Part shown: piece by piece, positions 12,870 through 13,009 of the stretch | Layout of the letters: each line of letters begins with the position of its first letter | Numbering within the stretch: position 1 is the stretch's first letter | Origin: a virus | Strand: one strand, 5' to 3' | Virus genome (UHGV): UHGV-1799913 | DNA: 13,009 nt | Program-made: the position numbers and the translations under genes | Notes under the pieces: generated by a model | Seen by the model: only the letters and a program-made list of their open reading frames with translations | The model's database searches: none | Told to the model about the DNA's origin: nothing

Positions 12870-13009
12870 TGTCTACTCCGCTTTCCCGCGTCATCACCAA
12901 CGAAATATTCCGCGTTCCGGCGCGCCGCCAGCGCAAGCCCGTGGTTAATCCGTCCGACATCCCGACACTGAAAGGCTACACCGCCCGCCTGGTGGATCAG
13001 AAATGGCTG
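12869..13009 (+). CDS. hypothetical nin-region protein, 5' part only (runs off the window end)
   Basis: ATG at 12869 overlaps the ninB stop (TGATG), with AGGAGG upstream; open frame MSTPLSRVITNEIFRVPARRQRKPVVNPSDIPTLKGYTARLVDQKWL continues to the window end. Confidence 0.5.
   Translation, partial: MSTPLSRVITNEIFRVPARRQRKPVVNPSDIPTLKGYTARLVDQKWL

Noticed and set aside
12293-12960. ORFs 12293..12589 (+), 12318..12812 (-), 12466..12651 (+), 12637..12960 (-)
   Set aside because: Out-of-frame or antisense to the NinB-like gene and the following coupled gene; Arg/Ser/Ala-rich translations typical of wrong-frame GC-rich sequence.
1-13009. Insertion sequences or transposase genes
   Set aside because: No transposase-like ORF or terminal inverted repeats of IS size were seen; the mosaicism looks like moron insertion rather than IS activity.

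Overview
This window reads as the early/immunity region of a lambdoid (lambda-like) prophage from an enterobacterium. All calls rest on reading the sequence and recalled protein-family motifs; no database search or computation was run. Leftward (minus-strand) early operon: a truncated Dam-like methyltransferase, a YqaJ-type exonuclease, Bet/Red-beta, a Gam-like protein, a coiled-coil ER/K-rich protein, several small proteins, and a TerB-like protein with a 50-aa membrane peptide nearest the presumed pL. Immunity core: a LexA/S24-type CI repressor flanked on both sides by TTTAGC-N5-GCTAAA operator-like 17-mers, then a Cro-like HTH protein and a YdaT-like protein. Rightward operon: O-like initiator with four 21-bp-spaced iterons inside the gene, P-like helicase loader, a chain of small translationally coupled genes, and a NinB-like gene. 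Between these lies what looks by eye like an AT-rich moron: a tRNA-like element on the minus strand, a small secreted protein, and a three-gene cassette ending in a possible PIN-like protein. The most likely places for an undescribed system are the TerB-like/membrane-peptide pair, the moron cassette, and the unusual tRNA-like element; none of these is proven.
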